From: Octopus vulgaris
Taxonomy: Eukaryota
Direction of reading: 5' to 3'
Length of the DNA stretch: 64,000 bases
Assembly (NCBI GenBank): GCA_951406725.2
Contig: OX597833.1
Span: 56,482,001 to 56,546,000 of the forward strand
The notes under the pieces were generated by a model. That model ran no database searches and had not been told where the DNA came from. It worked only from the letters and a program-made list of their open reading frames with translations. Each line of letters begins with the position of its first letter. Position 1 is the first letter of the stretch. The translations under genes and the position numbers were made by a program. Shown here piece after piece: positions 1-11,935 of this stretch.

Positions 1-73
1 GGGATGCCTGTAATATTTGTATCTTCTGTTTATATACTAAAATAACTTTTGTCGTTATTAAGCTGCTGTTCAA

Positions 74-462
74 TCTTATATATAAAGCAGAAGTTGTCTG
101 TGTATGGCAGGTTTGGTAGCCTTCAACTAACACTATCTCCTCCGAGACCCTGTGGCGCAAGTTCACCAAAGTTGAGAGTATGATAGAAGAAGACTTGCTC
201 TTCATTCCGTAGAAGATAAAATTCAAATTGGACCATGTTAAGACCAAAAGTTATCTACATCAAAAAGTGCTTTTTCCTATGAAAATCCCTATTTTTTTTA
301 CGATTTTTTTACTGCTGTGTCCCTATTTTTCGGTGTATTTCAACCAGAAAAATGTTCACTTAAAGAGAATAACAAGCTACATAATGCAAAATTTTTACTT
401 TTCAAAAATTCCAATTCTAAAGGGTCAAAACAAACCCGAGGAACGCCGGCCGATACTGCTAG
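74..462 (+). mobile_element. Non-autonomous Helitron-like element
   Basis: Inserted at A|T, 5' TC, subterminal hairpin cccgaggaacgccgg, 3' CTAG. Near-identical copy at 45459-45861. Confidence 0.75.
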
Positions 463-625
463 TATATATTAAAATTAAATTTTGTTGGAAGTTTTTAATT
501 AAGATCACTTCAAAATGGAAAATTGTATAATGGAACCAAGTGTGGCTTCAGGTTGGTATCAAAAGGGTTCAATATAATGATGTAAGGAATTTGGGGATAA
601 AAAAATCTTTTTTTTTTTTGTTTAT

Positions 626-1004
626 AGGAGTGGCTGTGTGGTAAGTAGCTTGCTTACCAACCACATGGTTCTGGGTTCAGTCCCACTGTGTGACACCTTG
701 GGCAAGTGTCTTCTACTATAGCCTCGGGCCGACCAAAGCCTTGTAAGTGGGTTTGGTAGACGGAAATTGAAAGAAGCCCGTCGTATATATATATATGTGT
801 GTGTGTGTGTCTGTGTTTGTCCCCCCAACATCGCTTGACAACCGATGCTGGTGTGTTTACGTCCCCGTAACTTAGCAGTTCGGCAAAAGAGACCAAGAGA
901 ATAAGTACTAGGCTTACAAAGAATAATTCCTGGGGTCGATTTGCTCGACTAAAAGTGGTGCTCCAGCATGGCCACAGTCAAATGACTGAAACATGTAAAA
1001 GAGA
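626..1004 (+). mobile_element. tRNA-derived SINE family A (internal TA/TG microsatellite)
   Basis: A-box TGGCTGTGTGG, B-box GGTTCAGTCCC, CCTTGGGCAAG core, tail ...ACTGAAACA(T/A)GTAAAAGAG. Six near-full copies in the window. Confidence 0.85.
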
Positions 1005-2120
1005 AAAAGAATTATATTTTTATTGGTATTTATTCAAAATATTCAAGAATTATATTGTGTATGCTTATAGAGATATATTTTTCTAACACTCACCTTCCAC
1101 ATTTTGGTAAGTAGCAGCAAAAAGGTTCAGTTATTAAGGTCCAAAGTCTCTTTCACTCTATTCTTGAAACCCACTTGCTCTTTCAACAACTTTTTAAAAT
1201 TCTTCCATTTTCCAACAGTTGTTCAACTGTCCCTCTACTGTCTAAACCAGTGGTTCTCAACCAGGGTTCCGTGGAATCTTAGGATTCTGCCAGTACAGTC
1301 CAGGGGACCCGCAAGAAGTTACAAAACTGCTAAAATCGGCAGTAATTTTAAAGTCTCCTGTGCAGATATGTGTGCATAAGACTATTAAATTATTGCACAG
1401 GGGTTCCTTGAGCCAGTGGAATGTTTCCTTGGGGTTCCGCTCCAGCAAAATTTTGAAAAGCACTGGTCTAAGCCCTCAACAGTTGTTCCGTTTCAATTCT
1501 GCTATCTCAACACCTAACAACTGTTCAAGTGTCTCTCTCTGCTTTTCAAAACACCTTCTGAACTCTCCCAACCATATGCAGTTGTTCAACTCTAACTTAC
1601 CTTGCATTGATCACATTGATCTCACCTCACTCTTGATTGAATTTCTTGTTTAGCCTCACATTAATTATGATCAAGTAAACTTTTTATGAGAAAGATATTC
1701 CAGCTGTGACCACCACATCTTTCAAGAAGTCTATTTTAGACTACATACTTCCCTTGCTTTATTATGGATGGTATGATTCATTCTGAGTGGTATTTGTTTG
1801 TTATTTCTATCATGTTGAGTAACTAAATGCTCTTCACTGGCAACTCATCTCTTTGAAGTCATCAACTTTGGTGACTTCAATGTACACAAGCACCTTTTGA
1901 TTCTCCCATCAACACAAAGAAAGACACATTGAAGAATGTAAACCGCTATACATAAAAAAAATTTTTTAAATCAAGCTTGTTAAAGCTGGATTATCTCTGC
2001 TCATAGGTCTACTCAGCCAAGACTGACCTGAGGCTGGGCAGTAGCAATAAGAATGAGCTTCTCTTCCACAGGTTGTTTTAAGTATTCAGTAAAACATTTC
2101 CTCGACAGAAACCACATTAA

Positions 2121-2342
2121 CCCTTTCGTTACTGTATTTATTTTGAGATGCTCTGTGTTCTTTGAATTACTTTAAATATAACAAAGAATTTAGTAAAATA
2201 ACTTAGTTATCATTCAGCTAGTGTTAGGAACATAAATTGTGACTAAGGTTTGGTATGGAAGATTTTAATTCAAAACTTATGAAAACAAGACATTTATACT
2301 ACAGAACCAGAGGTGGTTTCAGCTGGGTTGGTATTAAAAGGG
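2121..2342. mobile_element. piggyBac-type MITE (TTAA TSD)
   Basis: TTAA|CCCTTTCGTTAC...AAAAGGG|TTAA, about 222 bp. Confidence 0.8.
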
Positions 2343-2373
2343 TTAAGAATTATTTCTCTATTATATATTTTAA

Positions 2374-2596
2374 CCCTTTCATTACTGTATTTTTTTTTTG
2401 AGATGTTCTGTGTTTGTTTCAATTACTTTAAATATAACAAAGAATTTAGTAAAATAACTTAGTTATCATTCAGTTAGTGTTAGGAACATAAATTGTGACA
2501 AAGTTTTGGTGGAAGATTTTAATTCAAAACTTATGAAAACAAGACATTTGTACTACAGAGCCAGAACCAGTTTCATCCGGGTTGGTAACAAAAGGG
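2374..2596. mobile_element. piggyBac-type MITE, tandem second copy
   Basis: TTAA|CCCTTTC...GTAACAAAAGGG|TTAA. Confidence 0.8.
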
Positions 2597-2634
2597 TTAA
2601 ATAAAGACAAGAAAGAAGGAACAGTTGTAACTGG

Positions 2635-2640
2635 TTTATT
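2635..2640 (-). promoter_or_regulatory. Candidate polyadenylation signal AATAAA of the IQ-motif gene
   Basis: Minus-strand AATAAA followed by CCAGTTACAACTG and a U-rich element TTCCTTCTTTCTTGTCTTT. Other AATAAA sites lie closer to the stop, so the assignment is tentative. Confidence 0.4.
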
Positions 2641-3102
2641 AAATATATATATTCATATATAAACAAAAACAATGTTTCGAAAGTGTATTAACAGCTGATT
2701 GTACCAAACAGTTTCTAGTGGCTTGTTTATATATGGAGACAAAAAAAAAAATAATCTACTTTTATTAATTGATGCTTAGATCCAATTAATAAAACGTAAG
2801 TCCTTTTGACTGTTACATCTTTATAAGAACAATGTATTTCTTCTTTTGAGAGGATCTCTTTATATCATGTCGTGTAAAGTTAGGGTTCAAAAGTTAGAAG
2901 ACAAAAAAAAAAACGAATAATAAAAAGCTTCCATTTATCAAAATCGCTTAAAACTCAGTATCGGGTCTATAAAGCTCTTATAAAAGTAGCAAAACTGGAG
3001 AAAGATCTCAACCAGTACTAATCCGTGACACGTAATTTTTCTCATGTGCATAATAAATAGTCACCAGGATAAACTTATTCTTTCCTTAACAATAATAATA
3101 AC

Positions 3103-3138
<36 letters not shown>

Positions 3139-3237
3139 TGGACGGTAAAATGTATCTTACAAAGGGGTCTTGAATTAATGGGAATTTTAGGGTTATTCTT
3201 ATTCATAGGTGTTGACATGTGTGCTTGTACATTGCAT

Positions 3238-3239
<2 letters not shown>

Positions 3240-3288
<49 letters not shown>

Positions 3289-3363
3289 TTATATATATAT
3301 GTGTATATGTATATATGTGTGTATGTGTATATATATATCTATATCTATCTATATATATCTATA

Positions 3364-3408
<45 letters not shown>
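3240..3408. repeat. (TA)n compound microsatellite
   Basis: Direct inspection. Confidence 0.95.
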
Positions 3409-3411
<3 letters not shown>

Positions 3412-4019
3412 TGTATGTATGTATATAACCAGCTAGCTCTAGATAAAAATAAATATATACACATACACAGTGGTCTATATTGTATGGCTGTACAAGCTAA
3501 ACTAAATGGATTTAACAGTATACCTATGTATAAATCATAATATATTCCTTCAATTATGTACACACATATCTAAGTTGTGCATGTGTGCGTGTGAGAGAGA
3601 CAAAGAGAGAGAGACACACACACGTATGGCTTTGACTTTTATGACTTAGCATCACTTCAGCATCTGGCTTACATAGTTAATTACTGTATATATTCATACA
3701 CAAATAAATGTAAACGTTGAATCAGATTTCCAACCCTAGTGAGTTACTGTTACATAATCTGCCAGCAATATCAGAAGCAATGTCTGTTGTGACAACACAC
3801 ACACATATATATATATATGCATACACACAAGTACTGATTCACTTTTTCATAGCTGAAGCCTCACTCTGTCACTGCTTTGGGTTTCCTTATTTCTGGACAA
3901 AATAAAATGGGAAACTCAGAGCAGCCACAGAGTGACCTTTCAGTTTTGAATAAATGAACTCTACTACGCATATTGAGTACTTTTCTCTCTCACTCTTATA
4001 TATCTGAATGCATACACAC

Positions 4020-4086
<67 letters not shown>

Positions 4087-4816
4087 GTATATATATACAT
4101 ATATATATATATATATGTATATATATGCCTATAGTTACAAATATATGTGTATATGTCTGTATTTGTGGTTGTGTATACTAATGTTTTGTTGAGTGCATCT
4201 CTCAAATCATGTTAAGCATAGATATGTGTCTATGTGTTTAAAGATGATATGTACACAAAATAATATTAAAGTCCTACTCAAACAACAGAAAATAAAATAT
4301 CAAAATAAATAACAATAACATCAACACAACAATAATAAAACTAACACTAATACTACAAGTTCAACTACTACAACTATTGTTGTTACTACTACAAATAATA
4401 ATGATAACAAAGATAGCTATTCTCCATTTTAGCACAAGGACACATTCAGAGAGAAGAGGTATAGTGTTAATTTATAGAGAAGAGGTATAAGAATCACCCT
4501 CATAATATTACTGGTATCTGTTTTGTTATTATCAGAGAGGTGAAAGGCAAAGTTAGTCCTGTAAGATAATAATAATAACAATAATAATAATAATAATAAT
4601 TGTTTCTAATTCAGACGGAAGGCCACAAATTCGAGAAAAGGGAACAGTCAGTTATGTCATCAAATATATGGCTGGTATTTATTTTTATCAACCCCTAAAG
4701 GAAGAAAGGCAAGGTTGACCTTGATAAGATTCAAATGGGGACAATGAAGGGACTTAAGCAGACATCGCAAAGCATCTTATCCAGTGCTCTACTGAATCTG
4801 CCAATTAACCACCCAT

Positions 4817-4942
4817 ATTATTATTATTATTATTATTATCATCAATTATTATTATTATTATTATTATTGTTGTTGTTGTTGTTCTTCTTCTTACTATTGT
4901 TAATTTTTTGTATTTATTCTGTTATCCTTATCATCATCATCA

Positions 4943-5005
<63 letters not shown>
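4817..5005. repeat. (ATT)n/(GTT)n/(ATC)n compound microsatellite
   Basis: Direct inspection. Confidence 0.95.
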
Positions 5006-5007
<2 letters not shown>

Positions 5008-5303
5008 AACAATAAGAATATTTCTCCTTAAAACAAGAAAGAATGTAGATGCATAATAGAGCGTATGCATGTGTGCGTAAAAGAGAGAGAAGAATAGAGA
5101 AGTAGAGAGAGAGATATAGATAGAGAGAAAGCATACAGAGAAGGCCAGGGACACACAGACATAAAAATCATCGTAAAATGGAACCAACAAACTGTGTCTA
5201 TAACAACAGTAATAAGTTTCGCCTTTGTTTTCTTTTCCGTTTTGTTCTCTGGTTTCAACTTCTATCATACTGCTGTGATTTACATGTCCAGAATTGGTCG
5301 GCG

Positions 5304-5375
5304 TTATTCAGGGGCCGGTTCCTCAGTTGGGGCCTCTGCAGCTTGTTCTTCGTTTTCGGCATCAGCTTCGGGTTC
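5304..5375 (-). CDS. Terminal coding exon (EPEADAENEEQAAEAPTEEPAPE*)
   Basis: Acceptor ttttggtag|GAA (phase 0) with no other AG in the preceding ~140 nt. Acidic Ala/Glu/Pro peptide, TAA at 5306-5304. Confidence 0.8.
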   Translation of the reverse strand, partial: EPEADAENEEQAAEAPTEEPAPE

Positions 5376-5453
5376 CTACCAAAACGTGTCCGTCGGAAGA
5401 GCAAGTATCATTTGCGACAATTCAAAGGTTTATTTTATTTTTGAATTGTTGTG

Positions 5454-5490
<37 letters not shown>

Positions 5491-5654
5491 GATATGAAAT
5501 AAAGAAAAAAGAAAAATTACAGTTAAGATTGGTTACAAACACAGATTCTAAACAATATAATGAATAAAAAAAAAAGCACAAAAACAAAAAAACAGGATAC
5601 ATACAAACACATACAATTTATATTACATATGAGTGGTGTATGTGTGTATGTGTG

Positions 5655-6249
<595 letters not shown>

Positions 6250-7201
6250 GTGTATATGTTTACAAAATGTTTACAAGTTTACAAAATGCAGTAGCGCAGT
6301 GGATAAGAGTGTTGAAACTTTGACAATTGCAAAAATAATACAGTTAAAGATGAAAGATTAAAATCAACTTGAGCATCAGATTGCAAGAAATTATAGACAA
6401 ACTTCACAGAAAACCTGCTGCCTACCTATTCCTGACAGAAAACTGGACTGAGGTGTAGATAATAAGATACACTAGCAAAATATTTACTGAACAATCTGCA
6501 GTAGATCTGAATGCAAGAGCTATTAAGTAGGTAGTCCAATGCCATATTCTCTCAACCATTCTACTGGTATGTTCTTTAACTAGGGCTAATGTAAAGATTT
6601 TGGAACCTTGGACAAGAAATTTTGAAACTTTAGCGTTATCTTTAGTATGCAAATGTGAATTGTGAAACCAGTAGAGGGAGAGAATAGAACTGGTGCTTAG
6701 CATTCAAGAGGATGTTATACAATCACTTGATCCTATTAAAAATGGTAACCAAATTTCCCTTAAAACACACCCTACCATCTTAGAAAAGGAACAGCTTGCT
6801 GGAAAATATAATTCTAAATATATTATCTGTAAAAAATAATCATAAATTGAAGACCTGTGATGATAAATCTGTTCTGTCAAGACCTAATTGTGTCCAGTGG
6901 TAGCAATGGCCTTTATTTTAATTAAATGGAGAATCACAAATTTGAAATAAATAAAAAAGGAAAAGACAAAACAAAAGAACAAATACACACCCAAGAATGG
7001 CACCTAGAGATGATTGGAGAATCATATTGGTCAAGCACAAAATCAGAAACATTACAAAATCTTTACTACACAGACTTAATAAACGGTTTCATTATTCTTG
7101 AGGCATGTGCAATTCTTTGCTCAATTGGTCATCTTTATTAGCTCTGTATCACAATTTCATTTGTTTTTGCTATACTACCACATGTATTGAATGAAAACTT
7201 T

Positions 7202-7284
7202 AAATAATGACAATAATAATAATAATGATAATAATAATAATGACAATAATAATAATAATAATAATAATAATGATAATAATAATA

Positions 7285-7376
<92 letters not shown>

Positions 7377-7397
7377 GTAGTAGTAATAATAATAATG
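7202..7397. repeat. (AAT)n microsatellite
   Basis: Direct inspection. Confidence 0.95.
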
Positions 7398-7589
7398 ACA
7401 GAAGCTAACATTGATGACTGTGAAACATGAATGATGACTAGCAAGAAATAATCTATCATACAACACAGAAATGATCAACCATGCAGCCATGCAGTCATGC
7501 AGAAGAGGAAAATACAAACTGTTTTAGTGAAGTCAATAAAGAGGGGAAAAAAAGAGAAAAAAAAACTGTTCAAAACTGAAAGTAGACTG

Positions 7590-7850
7590 AAACATTCGTT
7601 GTAGATATTTCAAAAATATTCCAGATTTTGGTTCCAGGATAATTTAAGCCTCTTAAGCAGGAAATAGCTTGGTGAAGTCGATAAAGTTCGTGTTTGGCTC
7701 GAAGAACTGCAGCAGAGGTGGTGTTTGGAGAGAAACTATGAGCAAGGAGAGAGTCCAGGGCAATTTCAGTTCCGAAAAAGAAATAGTGACATTGTAGAGC
7801 GACAAGAGGTGGAGAGGCAGATCCATCAAATGGATTTAGGTGAGAGTTTA
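7590..7850 (-). mobile_element. Possible decayed LINE 3' fragment
   Basis: Minus frame ends ...LNYPGTKIWN, like the L2/CR1-type terminal motif. Confidence 0.3.
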
Positions 7851-8173
7851 TACAGAATTAGCCAGTGACAGAAGTTGCAATGTGTTTAAGATTAAAGCAA
7901 CTTAATTTCTCTAATATTCCAGCCCACAATAAATGGATTTTTCAATGGTGCATATACAGCATGATGGATTGTGATCATTTAAACATACTCCCATTTACAT
8001 TGACTTCAAAACAACCAAGTGTTAACTAGAATTATTAGAAAGGAAAAGTTTCAGCTTTTATCATTTCCCTAGTATCATAAGCGAAGCTGATCATAAAAAT
8101 GAATAAGAAATTGAAAACTTGGAAAATATCTACTACTACTACTATTGTTTTTATATTTGGTTTGCAACATATA

Positions 8174-8555
8174 GGCGCAGGAGTGGCTGTGTGGTAAGTA
8201 GCTTGCTAACCAGCCACATGGTTCCGGGTTCAGTCCCACTGCGTGGCATCTTGGGCAAGTGTCTTCTGCCATAGCCCCGGGCCGACCAATGCCTTGTGAG
8301 TGGATTTGGTAGATGGAAACTGAAAGAAGCCTGTCGTATATATGTATGTGTGTGTGTTTGTCCCCCTAGCATTGCTTGACAACCGATGCTGGTGTGTTTA
8401 CGTCTCCGTCACTTAGAGGTTCAGCAAAAGAGACCGATAGAATAAGTACTGGGCTTACAAAGAATAAGTCCCGGGGTCGATTTGCTCGACTAAAGGCGGT
8501 GCTCCAGCATGGCCACAGTCAAATGACTGAAACAAGTAAAAGAGTAAAAGAGAGT
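8174..8555 (+). mobile_element. SINE family A
   Basis: GGCGCAGGAGTGGCTGTGTGG head through GTAAAAGAG tail repeats. Confidence 0.88.
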
Positions 8556-8936
8556 ATTCTTGATGTGAATTCGTGTCTTGAAACAAATTTTGTTGTGTCT
8601 TTGCGAGAGTCATCATGCCAACCAACTGAATTAAACCTTATTGGTGTAGTGACTCTCCTAAGATACAACTAAATTTACGATTATATTATATATCTAGCAT
8701 CAAAAAACAACTCAAGACATATAACTGATGTCTTTGTTTAGAGATTGTGGCATCAACACACTACAAGACACATGGCAAATAGCACATGTAGTGGATACTT
8801 TCAGAGCAATGGTCATGATATTTACTTCGGCTTATCTAATTGACTTACACTGTCACAAAATTTTATGTAATCATAAATGGTACTTCAAAGGTCATACAAT
8901 TACAAATTAATCTACTCCAATTATGTATTCTTAAAA

Positions 8937-9255
8937 GACTCCGCCGGTTACGACGACGAGGGTCCCAGCTGATACGATCAACGGAACAGCTTGCTCGTGA
9001 AATTAACGTGCAAATGGCTGAGCATTCCACAGACACGTGTACCCTTAACGTAGTTCTCGGGGATAATCAGCATGACACAGAGAGTGACAAGGCTGACCCT
9101 TTGAAATACAAGTACAACTCATTTTTGCCAGCTGAGTGGACTGGAGCAACGTGAAATAAAGTGTCTTGCTCAAGGACACAACGCGTCGCCGGGAATCGAA
9201 CTCACAACCTTACGATCATGAGCCGAATGCCCTAACCACTAAGCCACGCGCCCTC
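8937..9255 (-). mobile_element. tRNA-derived SINE family C (CORE-like domain)
   Basis: Minus head GAGGGCGCGTGGCTTAGTGGTTAGGGC...GAGTTCGATTCCC, then TGTGTCCTTGAGCAAGACACTTT. Second copy at 49681. Confidence 0.85.
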
Positions 9256-10315
9256 TTATGTATAATGCAAATGTATTTACAAATATGTTTAACTAATCTA
9301 ACAGAAGAAATGTTTTTTTTCAACTCGTGAAAACAATAATTGTGCTTCTTTAAATAAATAATCAACTCCTTCATTCAGATATGAATGAACAGATTTGAAG
9401 GAGAAGAAACATACGAAGTTGTCGTGATCATATATTTTCCCAAGTTCGTTAATGGACAAAATATAATGACACCAAATGGAAATCAAAAATTAATTAATTA
9501 AAAGCTGATTTGGAAGTTACCTGATTTGTAATATTGATCTTTAAAATGATGATTACTGAGGAAATATTGACTTTGATAGTCTGCTGTTACCCAATGTCTA
9601 AGTGTAGTAAATAGGCACTTGCACAAGCAGGATCTCCTTTATAAACACTGTTATACATAATCAAAAACTTCTTAACCAAAGTAGATGAAGATCCACATTA
9701 GGGCTTTCATGACAACTGGAAAATTTTACTATTCCTATTTTGATTTGGACAAGATTTCAACTCCACACTAAAAACCAATCAAGTCTAGGAGTGTTGAGTA
9801 AGTTAAATACAAAAGTATGCAAAATGCATACCCTAATTTTGTTCATAGGCTCCTACTTCTGTGTTTCTTACTGAAAGTTTGTTTTAAATAATGAATTTAG
9901 CTCTTTTTTGTGCAACAAAGCTTTCTTTCTAAAACTTGTTTTTAAGAAATTATGAAGAAAATATTTAAGAAATCCAATTAATTCAACACTCGGCAAACTA
10001 TCTTTTCCAAACCAAGTATTTCCCAATTAATTATATTAATTATAAATCAGCTTAACTTTCTTTCTACTCCACCTTTTTACTCTCTCACTAACAAATGGAA
10101 TAAAATATGTGTAGTAGAAGATGCACACATGAATTTCTTCTGATATTGTTTCTTCCTCAAGATATCCCTAAAACATCATCTTAAACAAGATATCAGCAGT
10201 TATACTCTAAAACACAAATAAAGTGACTGCAAGAAATAGACTAAAGTAATGGCTTTTGATAGTATTACTTAATATTCTCAGCGGATTTCTTTGCTATTGT
10301 GGCTTGGTAACTTAC

Positions 10316-11935
10316 TTGAGTTTCTTCTGGATTCTCTTCTTCTACTGAACCAACTGCCAGCTGAGATTCAGGTTCCTCTGCTACACCAGCAGCTGGATCT
10401 TGTACGGATTCTGGAGCGGCAGGTGGTTCCACTGGTATGGAACCCTGGCTTGCTCTTGGCGACATCTGAGGAGGTGTTTTATTCTGTAAGGAAGATTTGC
10501 TTTCTCTTTGAGATAGTTGAGCAGGAGGTGGTGTTTCGGCCTGAACAGAAGTTTTGCTTCCTGCCTTGGGTGATAGAGGTGCTTCATCTCGCAAGGAAGT
10601 TTTGCTTGCTCTTTGGGGTGACTGGGCAGGAGGTGTTTCCCCTCGCAAGGAAGTTTTGCTTGTTCTTTGAGGTGACTGGGCGGGAGGTACCTCAGCTGGC
10701 AAGGAAGCTTTGCTTCCTCTCTGAGATGATGGAGCAGCTGGTACCTCAGCTGGCAAGGAAGCTTTGCTTCCTCTCTGAGATGATGGAGCATCTGGTACCT
10801 CAGCTGGCAAGGAAGCTTTGCTTCCTCTTTGAGATGATGGAGTAACTGGTACCTCAGCTGGCAAGGAAGCTTTGCTTCCTCTTTGAGATGATGGAGCAAC
10901 TGGTACCTCAGCTGGCAAGGAAGCTTTGCTTCCTCTCTGAGATGATGGAGCATCTGGTACCTCAGCTGGCAAGGAAGCTTTGCTTCCTCTTTGAGATGAT
11001 GGAGTAACTGGTACCTCAGCTGGCAAGGAAGCTTTGCTTCCTCTTTGAGATGATGGAGCAACTGGTACCTCAGCTGGCAAGGAAGCTTTGCTTCCTCTTT
11101 GAGATGATGGAGCATCTGGTACCTCAGCTGGCAAGGAAGCTTTGCTTCCTCTCTGAGACAATGGAGCATCTGGTACCTCAGCTGGCAAGGAAGCTTTGCT
11201 TCCTCTTTGAGATGATGGAGCAGCTGGTACCTCAGCTGGCAAGGAAGCTTTGCTTCCTCTTTGAGATGATGGTGCAACTGGTACCTCAGCTGGCAAGGAA
11301 GCTTTGCTTCCTCTCTGAGATGATGGAGCAACTGGTACCTCAGCTGGCAAGGAAGCTTTGCTTCCTCTTTGAGATGATGGAGCAGCTGGTACCTCAGCTG
11401 GCAAGGAAGCTTTGCTTCCTCTCTGAGATGATGGAGCAACTGGTACCTCAGCTTGCAAGGAAGTTTTGCTTTCTCTTTGAGATGATGGAGCAACCGGTGC
11501 CTCAGCTTGCAAGGAAGTTTTGCTTTCTCTTTGAGATGATGGAGCAACCGGTGCCTCAGCTTGCAAGGAAGTTTTGCTTCCTCTTTGAGATGATGGAGCA
11601 ACCGGTACCTCAGCTTGCAAGGAAGTTTTGCTTTCTCTTTGAGATGATGGTGCAACTGGTACCTCAGCCTGCAACAAAGTTTTGCTTTCTCTTTTAGATC
11701 CAAGAGGAGATGTTACAACCGGCAAGGAAGTTTTGCTATCTCTCGGAGATCGTACAATATCAGCTACATCACCCTGGATGGAAGCTTTGCTTCCTCTCTG
11801 AGATAATCGAGGTGATTGGATTGCACCCTGCAGGGATTGCTGGCTAGCTTTAGCAGATAAAGGAGGGCTGGGTAATTTTTCAGCTATAGCAAGTTCTTCA
11901 GCGGCAGGCACGTCACCTATTTCCATTAGGGGTTC
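10316..11935 (-). CDS. 1620-nt phase 0-0 exon encoding Ser/Pro/Ala-rich 18-aa tandem repeat region
   Basis: Acceptor ttctacag|GAA CCC CTA ATG, donor CAA|GTAAGT. Within ORF 10265..11926, with a unique Glu/Pro-rich flank at each end. Confidence 0.88.
10676..11701 (-). repeat. Coding 54-bp minisatellite, 19 well-conserved units plus degenerate flanking units
   Basis: Unit gagatgatggagcaactggtacctcagctggcaaggaagctttgcttcctctt(t/c) recurs every 54 bp on the plus strand. Confidence 0.97.

Noticed and set aside
622-896. Recurrent ORFs such as ...RRHLPKVPHSGTEPGTMWL... and ...EAIVEDTCPRCH...
   Set aside because: Chance frames within SINE family A copies.
9521-9597. AG...GTAACT-bounded segment in the last intron
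   Set aside because: Stop codon in phase 0, incompatible exit phase, and a weak pyrimidine tract.
10676-11701. Possible CRISPR-like array
   Set aside because: Contiguous tandem units with no unique spacers, inside a eukaryotic coding exon, and no cas genes.
10381-11703. Second long minus-strand ORF (440 aa, HHLKEEAKLPCQLRYQLL repeats) and plus-strand ORFs 10291..10845 and 11050..11697
   Set aside because: Expected by-products of a stop-free 54-bp repeat. They close outside the array, have no fitting splice sites, and the minus one has no ATG start.
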